DNA of 64,000 nt. Origin: Octopus vulgaris. Taxonomy: Eukaryota. Each line of letters begins with the position of its first letter. The stretch's first letter is position 1. The notes under the pieces are model-generated. The model saw only the letters and a program-made list of their open reading frames with translations, ran no database searches and was not told where the DNA came from. The stretch covers positions 23,002,001 to 23,066,000 of the forward strand of contig OX597836.1 in the NCBI GenBank assembly GCA_951406725.2, written 5' to 3'. The translations under genes were made by a program, and so were the position numbers. Shown here one piece after another: positions 63,821 to 64,000 of the stretch.

Positions 63821-64000
63821 GGAGGCGCAATGGCCCAGTGGTTAGGGCAGCGGACTCGCGGTTTCAATTCCCAGACCGGGCGTTGTGAGTGTTTATTGAG
63901 CGAAAATACCTAAAGCTCCACGAGGCTCTGGCAGGGGATGGTGGTGATCCCTGCTGTACTCTTTCACCACAACTTTCTCTCACTCTTACATCCTGTTTCT
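63821..64000 (+). mobile_element. tRNA-headed SINE running off the window end
   Basis: tggcccagtgg A box and ggtttcaattcc B box; no complete cloverleaf. Confidence 0.65.

Overview
AT-rich, repeat-dense eukaryotic genomic DNA. The repeat families resemble those I recall from octopus (coleoid cephalopod) genomes; this is an inference, not a database result. Three intron-rich genes were reconstructed by hand, with GT-AG boundaries and reading phases checked. (1) The 3' part (11 exons, 1940-17286, +) of the mRNA capping enzyme RNGTT; its triphosphatase-domain exons lie upstream of the window. (2) A complete 22-exon DEAH-box splicing helicase DHX16/Prp2 (52844-24691, -, about 1050 aa), convergent with RNGTT. 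(3) A complete 3-exon SSNA1/NA14 (53349-59560, +, 112 aa), head-to-head with DHX16 across 504 bp. Introns and intergenic DNA carry SINEs, CR1- and RTE-like LINE ends, Tc1/mariner, hAT-, piggyBac- and Helitron-like non-autonomous elements, and microsatellites. The most unusual signals are these. Several minimal hammerhead-ribozyme motifs of the Penelope-like type occur, some in inverted-repeat elements and one in a TSD-bounded element with a tRNA-like Pol III head. A 42-nt in-frame duplicate of a DHX16 exon end has its own splice sites. A 301-bp inverted duplication brackets the DEAH-motif exons. Several long intronic hairpins are present. No expression or activity can be shown from sequence alone, and most repeat boundaries are approximate.
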